Below, piece by piece: positions 1-14,170 of a stretch of 64,000 bases of DNA. This DNA comes from Eledone cirrhosa (lineage: Eukaryota). The stretch is taken from the NCBI GenBank assembly GCA_964016885.1, contig OZ024742.1:187798001-187862000 (forward strand). Reading direction: 5' to 3'. Within the stretch, counting starts at the first letter, position 1. Every line of letters begins with the position of its first letter. The notes below the pieces were generated by a model. That model had not been told where the DNA came from. It ran no database searches and saw nothing but the letters and a program-made list of their open reading frames with translations. The position numbers and the translations under genes are program-made.

Positions 1-334
1 GAACAGATATTATGAATTCCTGAAACATCAAATACTTCTATTATATTAGATAATTCACCCTCCAAAACAAAATTACTAATATAATATAACAAGTCAAAAC
101 CCACTTCGATATCTCCCATTCTCCATACACAATGTCTTATCTGTTCTCATTTTTCAATCAGTTTCTGTATTTATTTTTTTCATTTTTATATTCAGACACA
201 CACAAAGCTCTGTGGTATAATAACAATAAAAAAAGTGAATTATGTTTAGGTTCATCTATCCTCGTTACTGTCGACATTGCTAAAACCTATTAGGCAACTA
301 AAAAAAGCTATTTACTGACATTAAAACTTATATA

Positions 335-347
335 ATAATAGTAGTAA

Positions 348-402
<55 letters not shown>

Positions 403-522
403 TGTAGTAATGATGGTAATAACGCATTACTACTTTACTCTTGTTCTTGTTGTTATTGATGTTATATTCATAAATATTATCATTATTATTGCAATTATTG
501 CCACTACTGCTATCATCATCAC

Positions 523-568
<46 letters not shown>

Positions 569-576
569 ACTATTAC
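335..576. repeat. (TAG)n and (TAT)n trinucleotide microsatellites
   Basis: Read directly from the sequence. Confidence 0.95.
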
Positions 577-2428
577 TGAACGGGCCAGTCCTGTTTTTTC
601 TATCGCTCTTAAAGCCTTTGGATACTAAAAAGTGCACAAAATAGTAAAATATCTTGATTTACTTTTAAAATAGGATGGTGGGTAGCTAATTTGGAAGTCT
701 GCCCATACATGTTCTAGACGAAATAAGAGATGAGTTGTTAGGGGAAGAAACAAAAAAAAAGAAAAAAACATTGTCTATCTTTTTTAATTTTATTTCATGT
801 ATAATATGGCAATAGGGAATACCGACCAATGTATATTGAATTTTAACGTGTTTCTACGGATGTTAAGCACCAAACAATGTTTTTTTTTGTAATGAAAATT
901 TAACTTGTTCACCATTCACCTTAGAGACCAGACAATTGTAAATAAATCTCTGAAGATGCAGGAATTTTATCCAAATTTTGTGGGTAGTTACAAAATAACA
1001 GTTAAATTATCGTTATATAGAATCAAATGTGCACCATAAACCAGACACAAAACCTATTTTCTCTCATAGTGTTTAGGTACGTCGAGGGAATTGGGAATTT
1101 ATAATACATGGTAGCGAAGAGTTAACTGATTTTACACTGTCTTTACCCTTATTGATTACGTTTTTCCTGTCTTTAAGCTAACATACATTCAGATGACGTA
1201 TTTTCTCCATATGAAATTAAATGATTACCAGGTTTAGTAGATCTTTTTAAAAAATCGCGAAATTTTAGTTAATCAACAGCAGTGTATAATATACGATTTT
1301 CTGGCTCTAAAATCATACTTCAGTATCTTCTCAAATAGAAGCGTTAGTGACAGTATAACACACACATTATATATTTGATAATAAGATATTACAGAGCTAA
1401 TAATTATTTGTTATATATTTGTTTCGGTTGCTGAATACAATCAGGGGTCGCTGTTTCTCCTGAAGATCAAAAGTTCTCTTCTAACTCGAGTGGGAGCGCC
1501 TTTCCATTGTCACTTTGCATTGATCATCTGCAAAGCCTCATTGTTCACAATCTTTCGATGACTGCAGCTGGAATTACTGCCACCCATTGATTTGCCAGGA
1601 TTGTTTTTTCTAGATGGTCATTAACTCTTATGAGTTCTTCCGCCCTTTGTCAGGTTTTGTTTTTTGCCCTGCAGGGTGTCCAAAATCACCCTCCTCATCA
1701 AGTAAACTTGGTAGGGTTACCGGTTTAGTCACCCACGATCCGACCATGCTACCAGTAGCACTCAAGAGTGACCTGACACAATAAGTTGACTGTAAAATCA
1801 TAAATACACTGTACTTCAACACATAATCATGTTCCAGGCAATTCATATATGTGCTATAAATATTCATACATATTTGAATTACAATCCATGTATTCAAACA
1901 CAATTTATTCAAAAGCAAAAAAAACAAACCTTATTTAGTAACAAAAAATAAAGAAGAGGAAACAAAAGGAAACAAAGAATAGGGAAATATAAGGAAAGAA
2001 AGGTAGAAGAAAAGATCGGGAAAGGGAGGGGATGGCAAGAGCTATGGTGTCGCAGAAGAGAAGGGATGAGAGGGGAGGGTGATTGGGCGTTGGGCCTAGG
2101 GCAAGGGGAGGGGAGAGTGCTGCGTGACGTCCCGATATTATGTAATAGAGCTCCATATATCTGCAAATACATGCGATTTTTCACAGGGAACATATTTTAT
2201 ATATATGCTTTAGATTTACATGTATTTTTAGCAGCGGTTCTTAAATGTAAAATATTGTTCATATATATATACTGAGGATACCTATATAGATAATAGATAT
2301 TCATGGTATGAATTTAAAAGAAGCATCGACGTTGGTTGACTGACATATAGTTTTATTAGTATACCCTGAAGACGGAAACATTGTGTACAGTATTGTCAGT
2401 AAGGCTCGAACCCACACCATGCAAGGTC

Positions 2429-2471
<43 letters not shown>

Positions 2472-2597
2472 GAAATCAATTCTTGATTGGTACTATATTT
2501 TCACTTAATACAGATATCCGTAAAGATACTGCAAGATGTTCTGACACGCTGGCGTATTTGCCAATTCACCGCAATAGAGATTCATGTACATATATAT

Positions 2598-2648
2598 AGT
2601 TTCAGAAGATCCCGTTAAGGGTGAAAGCAGCGATTATTTGCTTAAACT
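2598..2648 (+). ncRNA. Independent copy of the CAGAAGA hammerhead-fold motif, as a solo fragment in (TA)n
   Basis: AGTTT CAGAAGA T CCCGTTAAGGG T GAAA GCAGCGATTATTTGCT T AAACT; one loop difference from the 52.5-kb copy. Confidence 0.7.
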
Positions 2649-4399
2649 TTAATCTGTTATTTTAATATATATATATATATATATATAAATGGAATAGAAT
2701 GAAACGAAATTTCATTTCTCACTTATAATAAATGTTCACCGAATTACACCGTACAGTGTTTAGGCAATCACGTCACCTTTTTGTTCAACACTGACACAGG
2801 AACGATGTACTAATTTCAGGCTTATTAGCTATCGTCAGCATCGTATACCTTCCTGCCAGATGGTTGAACGTCTGGAAGTATATACTTTCCTTATGCATAT
2901 TAACGGCTGAGCAGCCTAATTTTCATATCGAGTGAGTTCAGTCGGCCGGCTGGTTGCCTAAACACTGTACGGCTAATTCGGGCTGTTTGTTTGTTTACAA
3001 ACAAACCAAGCATTATAATAAATGTTCGGTAAACCAATACGTGCTTATATATATGTGTATGCATGTATATATATATATATACATACTACTGTACGTCTGT
3101 ATACACATATGTATGTACGTATACATACATACCTATATATATATATATATATATATATATTGTGTGTGTGGTGTGTGCAATATAATTATATGTGCAACTA
3201 TGTGTAATAGAGTTCCATATATATGCACATAAATGCAACATATATACTTTATATATATGCAATAGATATGCACGTATTTGCAGTATAGTTTCCTAAATGT
3301 GCAATATCCCCCCCCCCCCCCACACACACACATGTATGTGACATAACTCGTGCATTACACGTGCCTCTATATATGCAACGGATTCATACATGTGCATTAG
3401 ATTCACATAAATCACCATGGAAATGTTTTCACCACACATCTATGTAGTGGGAACAATTTGTTTCTTGGTGGAAGTGAATTAAGTGTTGGATTAAATGCTA
3501 GCTGTTTTGATTCCAGCTCTCTATAATCTGTGTTTAAATTAAGCCGAGGTCAATTTTCGCTTTCATAATTTTGAGGTCGATAAATATCCTATCAATACAA
3601 TATAGGAGTCCTTTCTTTTTTCTTTTCAATATTCGTTTCGCTTTGCTTTTTTCAATTTCCTGTTTGTTTCTTGTCTCGTTTTCTTTCTTTCTTAATGAGA
3701 CGAAGAAATCATAGGAGTTAAAATCGAAAATATATTGCCACCATTTATTTCTATAGTACTGATAAAGTTATTGCTATCATGGAAGACTGAGAGTCCCCTG
3801 CGTGAGACGTTTCAGAAAGGTTTACGTCAGAGAAGAGCTGAATGTTTCAAGTAATTGGTTATTTCAATAGGGAACGAAACAGGCTAGGATATATTGGTTT
3901 TGTAATATGGCAAGCTGGTCTATGGTAGAGGAAGAAGATTGTGGAACCGAATGGTACTTCACAGCCATACTCGCACTCACAGATACACACACACGCATAC
4001 ACATACTATTAACTTTTCAGTAAAATTGAATAATCAATTGAAATGACAATGCTACATGGTTGATATTTATTTTTCAACAGTGCCTCGAGGTATTTTGTTT
4101 CTTCCACACCTGACTCCCACCTTCGTTAATGAATAAATATTTTATTTATTCAAATGTTGAGTAGTGTTAAATATATCTTTGTAATAATAATAATATAAAT
4201 AAGACGAACAATAATACAAAGAGAACCACTACCGCTACCAAAATTATATATAGCTAGACAATGTGGGAGGACGTTCTAAGACATGTAGAAACCCAGGATC
4301 ATGCCACCTACAAGTAAGTAAGACAAGCTTCTTTACATATTTGAAAGAGAAAAAAGAATGAAAAATAGGAAGAAAAAAATGCGACAGTGAAAAGCTTGC

Positions 4400-4525
4400 C
4401 CAGACAGTATATTTCAGTGTGCTTCGTGGACACAGTGGTGAAATATTACCACGGGAAGCAGCCAGTGATAGCCGCTGCACCAACCATATCAACCTCTTTC
4501 AATGTACATATCCCACATCTTCGAA
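4400..4525 (-). mobile_element. Possible CRE-like (restriction-like endonuclease) LINE 3' remnant
   Basis: WLVQRLSLAASRGN resembles the L.QRLS.A.QRGN motif at the CRE ORF C-terminus; very short. Confidence 0.45.
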
Positions 4526-5349
4526 GAAAACATGCAATTATATATTTTTTGTAAATATATTTTCTTTTCCTTTATATTTCGCTGTTAAATAGCCAGTTTA
4601 TATTTTTCCTCATAAATTGTCTAATACCATGACTCATTGATCGAACGTGAGCATTCATATATCAGCAACATTTTTCTTCAATTACATATTTATTTATTCA
4701 TGTTTTTCTTGGAAAACAGATTTCATATCAACACAAATTTAATCAAGTATACCTGTGTTTGCAGTGTGTGTGGTGTTTGTGTGTGTGGAGCTTGTGTGTA
4801 TGGAGCTTGTGTTTGTGGGGAGCTAGTGTGTGGGGAGCCTGTGTGTTTGTGTGTGTGTGAAGCTAGTGTGTGTGGACTTTGTGTGTGTGTGAAGCTAATG
4901 TGTGTGGAGCTAGATTGTGTGTAGTTTGGGTGTGTGGAGTCTATTTAAAAACAATATAATCTTAGCTTTCACAATTCACTTACTTTTTGCGTGCGCTTTA
5001 TTTCTTCTATGTTATTTCTATTAAATTCAAATAAACCACAATCAAACATTATTTATTATCAAAATAATTAACGTTAAAACTTTATTCATTTCAAATTTTC
5101 AAAATATGTTTACAATACCATATGATGCCAAGAAAACAAAAAGAAAAAAAAAAGAAAAGGCAGAAAAATGTGTGGGGAGAGAAATGTGGTAGTTGAAACT
5201 TTTTCACGCATGTCTATAAAATACATATTAGTTGTCTCATGGAAAATATAGTGAAACAGCCCCGGTGAATAGCCAGCGGGGCTTGCTACACCAACCATTC
5301 TACTTTGTGGGTCTCCTTTCATATGCTTCATCCCCTTGTTGCTGGACAT

Positions 5350-5648
5350 CTATCCTTTCCGATAACGATTGTTCCTGTGGATCCAGCTGCGGAAGTGCCT
5401 CCTCCTGAAATTAATGTGCAAGTGGTTGAACGTTCGTTCCACTGACAGGTCTACCTTTAATGTAATTGTCAGGGAGATTCAGCGTTTGATAAGTGTGGTC
5501 CTTTCGAACTACAGGTAGTTATATTTGGAAGCAGAATGTCATGGGACGATGTGGAATAATGTCTTCTTGAAGGACACAAACCGTCGTTGGGAGTCGAGCC
5601 TGTAACCTTGCGATCTTTGGCTGAACACTATAACTACTAAGCCACGCT
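5350..5648 (-). mobile_element. Old cephalopod-type SINE remnant
   Basis: tRNA-like head at the right end (GCGTGGCTTAGTAGT..GGCTCGACTCC on -) and a body (GAAATTAATGTGCAAGTGG..GGGAGATTCAGCG) I recognise from octopus SINEs. Confidence 0.55.
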
Positions 5649-6174
5649 CCTTCTCATTCACGGTGAATACTTAAATAAGAAAATTAAAGACAACAGTAGC
5701 GAGATTCAAATAATAATAACCAAACAAAAGAACGTGAAATCAACCACAATAATTAATTATTCTTCGTTATTGATTATGTATTAAAAAAAAGTTTACAATA
5801 GATGAAGTGTTACAATATTTAATATATTGATTTAAATATTTATTTCCTTCGATACATAATAAAAGAATTGTATTTCAGTCGTTCACCGAAAATGAGAATT
5901 TACGTTGCAGATGTTAAAAAATTTCAAAAAGAAAAACATTTATGTCCATAGAATATTAAAATTATCAGTTTTAATAATGAAAATAATAGATAAATGAATA
6001 ATAGAGAAATAAATAATAAAGATCCTAAGTATACTTTGGTTGGCAGACAGGCAGAGTCGTTAAAGCTTTGAATAAATGTTTAATGGCCTTTCATTTAACT
6101 CTTTACGGTGTGAATAGAAATCACACAGAGGTCGTCGTTTCCTTTCATCCTTCTGCGGTCAATAAACTCGAGAA

Positions 6175-6436
6175 CCACGCGTGGTCTAGTAGTAGGGGTG
6201 TTTGACTTTCAGTCATAATGTCGTGATTTCGATTCCTGGGCTGTGTTGTGACTTTGAGCAAGACACTTCATTTCACATTGCTCAGCTGAAAATGAGTACC
6301 AGCGATAGTTGGGATAATTACACTGTGATGGAATGGCATCCTGTCCAGAGGGGAGTCTTGTACTCTCAGTCACTTCACGCCCCGAAACCGGCATAAGCAT
6401 CGGCCCGATGAGCCCCTTGGCTTCAGACAGACTTTA
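6175..6436 (+). mobile_element. tRNA-head SINE with Meta-like central domain (related copies about 35975-36235 and 45290-45490)
   Basis: Head GTGGTCTAGTAGT..TTCGATTCC; GATGGAATGGCATCCTGTCCAGAGGGG..GAAACCGG..CGGCCCGATGAGCC resembles the MetaSINE core as I recall it. Confidence 0.65.
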
Positions 6437-7343
6437 TACCAGTCATGTACTGGAGTTTATTTAATCGACTTACCTTATACTTCAGTTATAAAACAATATC
6501 ATCATCATAGCTTTGGAAACTAACCCAGTGATTCGAGGATACGTAGCTTCGTGCGAAAATCTATGAAAAGGCACATTTTCACTCTGACATGTGTGTGTAT
6601 ACGGAAATATACAAACATACAGACACGCACGTGTATGTATGTATGTATGTATGTATGTATGTATGTGTGTATGTATGTATGTATGTATGTATGTATGTAT
6701 GTATACATGTATGTATACATACGCGCTAGTTTTAAAATATCTCAGATACACTCATTTATAAAATATGAATTTTCTTATATGCGTGTCTCTAACTTTGTGT
6801 ATTTTTATATTCACATCGATGTTTCTTTCGTACACACACATATACCTATATTTGTGTACATACACACACAATTTCTCGGTGTATGAGAAAGATATTAGAG
6901 AGCATTACATCTAATGTTCAACGTTTGCTATGGAAACGTGATTAGGGTAACCAGAGAGGTGAAAGGGCAATGCTGTCCTCAATAAAATCCATGAAAGTTG
7001 TAGCTAAAAATACCACAACATTGACCGTCTCCGCGTGATTATGAATGGAGATCAAGGCGTTACTGGCCACTGTAGAGACAGAAAGAAATAGAGAGAGAGA
7101 TATGGAGGGGTGTAGCGCCAGTCTATAAACCATCGTTAACACAATTAATAACGTTGGCGGTGCGTTTTACTTTCTTTCTTATTTAAGGTCGATTTCTCTT
7201 AAATATATCTCGATAGTATCTACTCATCAACAGGCAAATCGCTATATAGACAGAAATACATGCATGCCTGTATGTATGTATGTACATATATATATATGCG
7301 CATTGATATTTGTGCGTGTAGCTCTCTCTCCCCCTCTCTCTCA

Positions 7344-7421
<78 letters not shown>

Positions 7422-7644
7422 CACACGCACACATTCCGTTAATGTAATTTCAAACATAACACTGTTCTTGCACATTATGCTGATGTTTATATAAACATTC
7501 ATGAAGAATGTATTAGTATTTGTGTTTCAGTTTCCGTGCGGACGTATGTGTTTGGCTGTTTGGTATGTTTAAATATAAATATATCATAAGAAAGTTTGTG
7601 GTGTACAGAGTTTGTGGATCTACTAAACATACATAATTGAAAAC

Positions 7645-7714
<70 letters not shown>

Positions 7715-7722
<8 letters not shown>

Positions 7723-7919
7723 ATACTTGGGGAGGGTCATATTTCTGTATTATTTTTGACCGTTGGTCAGCCAATGGCAACATTGAGGACCGAATAAATT
7801 AGATTACCGATAAAAAAGACACAGAAGAGAAAAGCGAAAACCAATCAAACAGTGAGTGTGTTCTGTTATTAATTCTGGCAATATTACACAAATAAGACCC
7901 TCCCCAAGTATAACAATAT
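7715..7919. repeat. About 40-bp inverted repeat cassette in (TA)n
   Basis: ATATTGTTATACTTGGGGAGGGTC / GACCCTCCCCAAGTATAACAATAT. Confidence 0.85.
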
Positions 7920-8193
7920 TTGTTTCGACACACGATTTCATATCAAAAACCTCGCAAAACTATATATATATATATATATAAATATAAATTAGCGAGAATC
8001 GTTTTCGGCTCAGGAATTAACGAGAATCAACGTCCGATATGTGTGGCAAGCGCTCGATGAATCATATGAATCAGAGCTACAACACACGTTAAGGGCCAAA
8101 CACACTGAGATGATGGTTAAACATATCATCCGCACAGCCAAAACAAAACGACCAAGTAATTCGGGTCAAACAATAAAAATATATGTGTTGATA

Positions 8194-8344
<151 letters not shown>

Positions 8345-8454
8345 AGAGGAATTCCAACTTTGCCTGATTTACTCGTTTTATTTACAATCCTTTAAAATTT
8401 ATAATGGTATTATAATGAAATAGTATGATAGAATATTACATTCTAAGTGTTAAT

Positions 8455-8493
8455 TGAACAAATACTTTCATGCTTTCGCAATCTTCAGGTTCA
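8455..8493 (-). ncRNA. Minimal type I hammerhead ribozyme (U10.1.U11.1, UUU triplet)
   Basis: Minus strand reads TGAAC CTGAAGA T TGC-GAAA-GCA T GAAA GTATT T GTTCA: 5-bp stem I, intact CUGANGA/GAAA core, GAAA-capped stem II, quasi-palindromic stem III; in the sense-strand 3' UTR of the PLE. Confidence 0.85.
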
Positions 8494-8880
8494 TAATATA
8501 TGGTGACAGTTAATTTTGCAATTTTCAACTGTAATGAGATGGGTAAATTTTGTACCTTATATAAAGTGAAAAGTGGCTCCAGATGCTAAATCTTGCAAAC
8601 TGTATTTCGACCAATCGGTGTGTAGTTTCACTGAATTACTAAAGCTGATTGGTTTAAGCGTCACGGCTGGCTGAGCATGTCTAACGACCAATAATTAATC
8701 CTATCCAAAGCATCAATTGTTTTGCTATTTTTAGAAATGATGAAAATAGCATTTTCTAGTAATCATCACCATCAACATCACTTTTATTATTATTATCATT
8801 ATTGTTGTTGTTGTTGTTAGTGGTCGTAGTCGACATGGTCGTAGTCATAGTCTTAGTAGAAGTAATACCCCTAAGCTTTA

Positions 8881-9891
8881 TTATTGTTCATTTAGCTTGG
8901 GTTTGAATGTATCAATAACATTCTTTTCTTTGATTTTTCTCTTGATATCACTTGGGCTGTGTAATTTGTAGAATGGGAATATTATAAATATTCCCTGACC
9001 ACATGTTGCTAGATGGTTACTTAGGGGTATCTGACGGACATTTGGGTCTCTGATTTGCTGACGGTGTACCCGTGCACGTTCCAATAGTGCATTTCCAGTT
9101 TGACCGACATATAGTTCTTCACAATTCGGGCATTTAATGCAGTAAATTAGATTTCTGCTTTTGCAGTTCATATTTGCATTTGGGAATATTTTTCCAGTTT
9201 TTGTTTTCATATATTGACCGGCGTGTATGGATTGACATGTGCCGCATCGACTATCATTGCATTTAGATACAGTGAATGATTGGTCTTTGTTGTTAAGGTC
9301 AAACTTTCCTTTTGTTAGTAATTGCTTCAAATTTTTTGGCTGTCTTTTACTAAGAGTCAAAGATCGATCTGTGATTAAGCCTTTTAATTCATTACTTTGA
9401 GCAATGATCGGTAGGTTTGCTTTGGCAGTGTTGAAGATATTCTGGTGACATGGGTTGTGTGTCATTATAAATGGTATGACCAGTTCTTGGTTTTTTCTTC
9501 CTTGGGTTGTCCTAAGTTGTTGTATAGGTATTTTTATAGCCCGCTGTATGCCATTTTCTATAAGTAGAGATGGGTATTTTTGTTTGAGCAAAAATTCTCT
9601 TAGTTCTGTTAGGCGTTTGTACCTGGTATTCGTATCTTCTAAAATGGTACAAATTCTTCTGGCTAGGCAGTATGGGATGTTACGTTTTGTATGAGGTGGA
9701 TGGCACGACTTGAAATTCAGATATTGATGGGTGTCTGTGTGTTTATAATATATATCCGTGGTAATGGTGGTGTGGTTTTTGATTATCATTATATCTAGGA
9801 ATGGTAATTTGGTCCTACTCATCCCTTTTGTGAATTGGAGAGATGGGTGTAGGTTATTCAGGAGGATATTGAACTCAGTATGTATCATTCT

Positions 9892-9893
<2 letters not shown>
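8881..9893 (-). pseudogene. 5'-truncated Penelope-like retroelement ORF (Neptune-like): RT C-terminus/thumb, linker and GIY-YIG endonuclease
   Basis: Open frame with LHPSLQFT..LPFLDIMI..TDIYYKHTDTHQYLNFKSCHPPHTK (PLE RT thumb), CNDSRCGTC, CKSRNLIYCIKCPNCEELYVGQTG..ER..H (GIY-YIG) and FKPKLN end. The 5' side breaks into (TA)n at about 9894, so the track's N-terminal residues are spurious. Confidence 0.93.
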
Positions 9894-9931
<38 letters not shown>

Positions 9932-10183
9932 AGAGAGATACATACATAGTGCTCTACCAACTTTTCATATAACCCCCGGTTCTATACTGCACACGCATAT
10001 ATATGGATATGGATGTTTTATATATATTTATATTTAGTACATAATTGGGATGGGTGGGGATCATTGGCTGATGGATTTAAAGAATGGGGATCTTTTGAGA
10101 AAAATACATAGTATAAGAATGATACAAATGCAGGCACGCCTAATTTCCAAGGTTCATTCATTCTAATTCGTCTTTGAAATAAT

Positions 10184-10364
10184 TGTTTCTACGTTAAGCA
10201 CAAGGTCAGCAATTATCCAGTGCATTACTGGTACTTTATTTTATCGACCCCGTAAGGATGAAAGGCAAAGTCAACCTCGGCGGGATTTGAACTCAGATCG
10301 TAAAGGGACGTAACTATGCTGGAAAGCATGGCGTCCGACCCTCTACCGATACTGCCAATCCACC
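10184..10364 (-). mobile_element. Young tRNA-type SINE with 19-bp TSD
   Basis: A box TGGCAGTATCGG, B box GAGTTCAAATCC; TSD AATTCGTCTTTGAAATAAT at 10165-10183 and 10365-10383. Confidence 0.9.
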
Positions 10365-11338
10365 AATTCGTCTTTGAAATAATAATCCGAATGCTGTATT
10401 GAGGTTCTTGAAATGTCTTTTACTTCTTCACTGCTGTCTCATTAGACTGCGGCCATGATGTCGTATAGACATAGATGGATTTACTCGATCTTATCGACCA
10501 CATTACTTATTCTTCCAATCTATCGATCCCTTTTGTGTTGATTTGTTAATATAATAATATAAACAAAAAAATAAACACGCATATATAATTGGCTTCTGCA
10601 CAGTCTACGAAGTCTCACTAATATGACATTGACTACCTTGAAGCTATAATAGCCAAAGTCGTCCACCTGTAAGATTAGACCCAAAATATCAGGGCTGTGT
10701 AGCAAACTCTTTAACTAAATTAAGACCTCCGTCTATATATACTGTTTTCCATTCTTGTTGTTACGTTTAGCTAGGCTTTCATGAGGTTACAGCTCATAGG
10801 CAATCACATAGGTGTTTTAATGATAGGGATTCTAGTCCTATATTATCACCATGCTCCGATGGTAGGAGTTGGGAGATGAACTCAGAATCAAATCCCACAT
10901 GGTGTCTCTTACAGCATTCTACGAATTTCGCTAATCCACTGCTCTCGTCTGGTTATTTTTCAATCTCAAAGGTGTGGACACAAAACACAAATAACCGGAA
11001 CAAATGACGCAGATATTCCTTCCAGTTCACAACCCTTGATTGGTACTGTATTAATTAAAGCCAAATAGTTGCGGAATACGTTAACTATCGGATAAATAGG
11101 TGTGGATGTGTTTATTGAAGTGTTGGATATGCTGCGCGCAGTGTAACCCTAACACTAACTGTTTCTCCTAAGTGGCGGATGTAATTCCGCCGTTTGGGTT
11201 GCAAATGTGATGCACCAAAAAAGTGCACAAGGGCTGTGAAGCTACCGGGTTTTCAAGAGGCCCCTGAAGTGAAACGACCACTCCTTGAACTGACTGATAC
11301 AAGTGAAACATTTTCGACGGGGAGGATCTATCACCTGG

Positions 11339-11391
<53 letters not shown>

Positions 11392-11949
11392 GAGATATTT
11401 ACATGTATCTCTAATTAACAACACAGCCAACTGTCTACAGTAAACTAAATGTGTGCACTCTGAACAGTAGATTGCAGCTGCATTACTGCAATTCTCCTGA
11501 TTCATTGAGTGGGCTAGAAGCTGGCCAGGGATGCTGTATTTATACTAGCGATTTCGTTACTTTTGATATATATATATATATAAATGCCAGGAAATAGATT
11601 TTCCCTCCTGAGAATGTTTATTCAATATATATTCAATATGGCGTACCTTTCGCCGCAGTTAGAACTCAATGTAATCCGTTAGCATGTAATTCAGTGAGAT
11701 CCAGTGATTGTTTCTGTATTTCGCTGAGTCGATCTCTCAGATGCAGAGTCTGATATATTACATATTAATTTATTTAAAAATGATAACAAAGCAAATTTAT
11801 TTTACGAATCTCATTCATTGTTTTACGATCGGCTCGTAGGGTTGATTATGTCGATATATTGACTGATCTATAGCAGTAACAGAACTGTATACTCCTCAGC
11901 CATGATATATTGGGTAGACCTTACTATCTCCTTTGGAAACCTTGCCTTT

Positions 11950-12022
<73 letters not shown>

Positions 12023-12023
<1 letters not shown>

Positions 12024-12193
12024 AAGAACATCAGGACCACGATGGCTGAGCTCCGGCCGTTTCGACAGCTAGATCCCAACTGATCCGGAGCTCAACCGTC
12101 GGGTTCCTGAATCTCTTAATATTACCCACTCTACTCCCCCATGTATCAAGTATTCTGGCGGATTATGGTTCTCTTGCTTTTTTACCAGTCCCT
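12023..12193. repeat. Hairpin cassette in (TA)n (paralog at 32036-32215)
   Basis: TCAGGA..GAGCTCCGG..CCGGAGCTC..TCCTGA fold-back; shares GAGCTCCGGCCGTTTCGACAG and TATTACCCACTC with the 32-kb copy. Confidence 0.75.
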
Positions 12194-13779
12194 ATATATC
12201 GATATATACTGAATGGGCCGTAAATCACGCACCAAAGCATTAAAAATAATTTAGTATACATATACGTTGTATTGTATTAATAACAAATATTATATTGAAA
12301 TTACAAAAGTATGATTTTCATCATCCTATCATCTGTGATTTTAAGGAACTGATTCAGTCCAATGGTTTACAATTTGCATGACAGCTCATGCTGTTGGTGC
12401 ATGACTTAAGGCCCACCCTGTATACATAAATATTTACAAAAGGCAAAATTTACCACGGCCAAATTCGAACTGTGCTACACCGCGTTAAATGTTTTCTCTT
12501 TCCCAAGATATGATTCGTATTTTGTTTCTCTGAAATATCTCTTGAACATTGTTTCTCATAAAAAAAAAACATAAAAAAGAAACATGAAGACGAGTGGCTG
12601 ATATTAGATGCTGCTCTTCTGAAAGTTCTGAATAGGTGAAATGCCTTTCAAATATGAAAGTTTAATAGCTGCTGCTATTCACCTTAGGAGCTAGATCATT
12701 GTGACTAAATGTCTGAAGATATCTTGACTAATATCCAAATCATCAATATCATTTCTAAAATAGAAAGTCTTCCTCGTTAATTTAAAAAACAGAAAATTTT
12801 AAATGGAAATGTCTCTACTAATAAAGCAAAATAATATTTATCTTAATGAAAGAAACGCTTTCGCCGATCGAAAACTGTTCTCAATTAATATGAAACTAAG
12901 AAGAAAGTATATTAATGAAGAAAAGAGAAAAAGAGGAAAACAAACGATAGAAAGTATATTATAAAATATATTATAAAATAAAGAGGAGGAAATTTAATCA
13001 ATATTCTTTGTCAATAAAAAGTAGTATAAGAAGCAAAACAACAACATTAACAACGTGAACATATACATCAACAAAAATTAAAAGAAAAAGAAATGTTCGT
13101 CTTTCTCAAACAATTATTTCTTCGCTTCTATAGATCCTCAGACATTCATTTTGATTTTTTATTCGCAAACAAAACACAGAAAAAGGAAATCTTGTCAAAA
13201 TATCATCTAATCTTAGCAATTCCAACGAAAATAGAATATTTGATTAAGCGGTGTCGATTAATGCCAAAATCGAAAAACAAGGTTGATTTGTCCAAAGCGT
13301 TTCATTCTCATACATATATTTATTGTTACTATTTATTTAACCTTAGCGTCCATTTTGACTTCACCTTCACCATCACTTGGTTAGCGGTGAAACCAGATTT
13401 TCTATATAATTGTTTACTCCCAGAGAGAATTATTTGTGTACGTAAATGTATGTTATTTGGGCTAACTCAGATAAATATATTTTCTCCAGAGCATAATATA
13501 TTTCGTTAAAACGCTCTGATTTAGTATGATTCATAGAAAGTCACGAGGATAGCCGAGTCGATAGGGCAATTCTTCTATAGCTTAGTGTCAAGTTTGATCG
13601 ATCTGAGCTGTGAATAAATGTTTTCCAGAAAATTGAAATATGAGAGTGAGAGAGGGAGAGATGTATGTGGAGCTTGAAAGTGTGGGATTGAAGTCCAATA
13701 GTAGACAAAGAGATTCAATCCCATTAATGCAGGTATGACAACACATAAAAATAAATTCACAGCGATAAATAGTCTTTTC

Positions 13780-14170
13780 TTTTTGCTATCACTTTACTGG
13801 TTTCAATCATTTGATTGCGGCCATGCTACGAAACCAGATTAATGGATTTTATTTGTGTGTGTCGTCCCCAGTATATATTTTCGTCTAGTACATATTTTTA
13901 TCGATATCGTTTTGTTGAACCTCTAAATTACTGGACGGCAAAACCGACTGAAATGAAATCACAGAAACCATCAATATGTAACATGGTTGGACCTTTGATT
14001 TACAAATACAATCTATCCAATGGTCTCGCACACAGTTTCTGGCCATACAATTTTATTCACAAGGTTATGATTGACCTGCGGCCATGCTAATAATGCTTGC
14101 CTAATTTACGACGTAGTTTGATCATATCTAGTATTGCATGACCAGACGAACGTATTAACCATTCAGCTAT
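13780..14170 (-). mobile_element. Old octopus-type SINE remnant (related remnant about 10420-10720)
   Basis: TTTCAATCATTTGATTGCGGCCATGCT end shared with CTCATTAGACTGCGGCCATGAT at about 10438. Confidence 0.5.

Noticed and set aside
2270-2415. CTGAGGA and CTGAAGA hammerhead-like cores (similar weak cases at about 31460-31490 and 31820-31905)
   Set aside because: No closing GAAA, stem III and stem I arrangement could be built
11144-11160. TAACCCTAAC as telomeric repeat
   Set aside because: Fewer than two units; not an array
11173-11340. Exon between a possible acceptor (CCTAAG) and donor (GTATGT)
   Set aside because: Stops in all three frames from the acceptor; no recognisable domain
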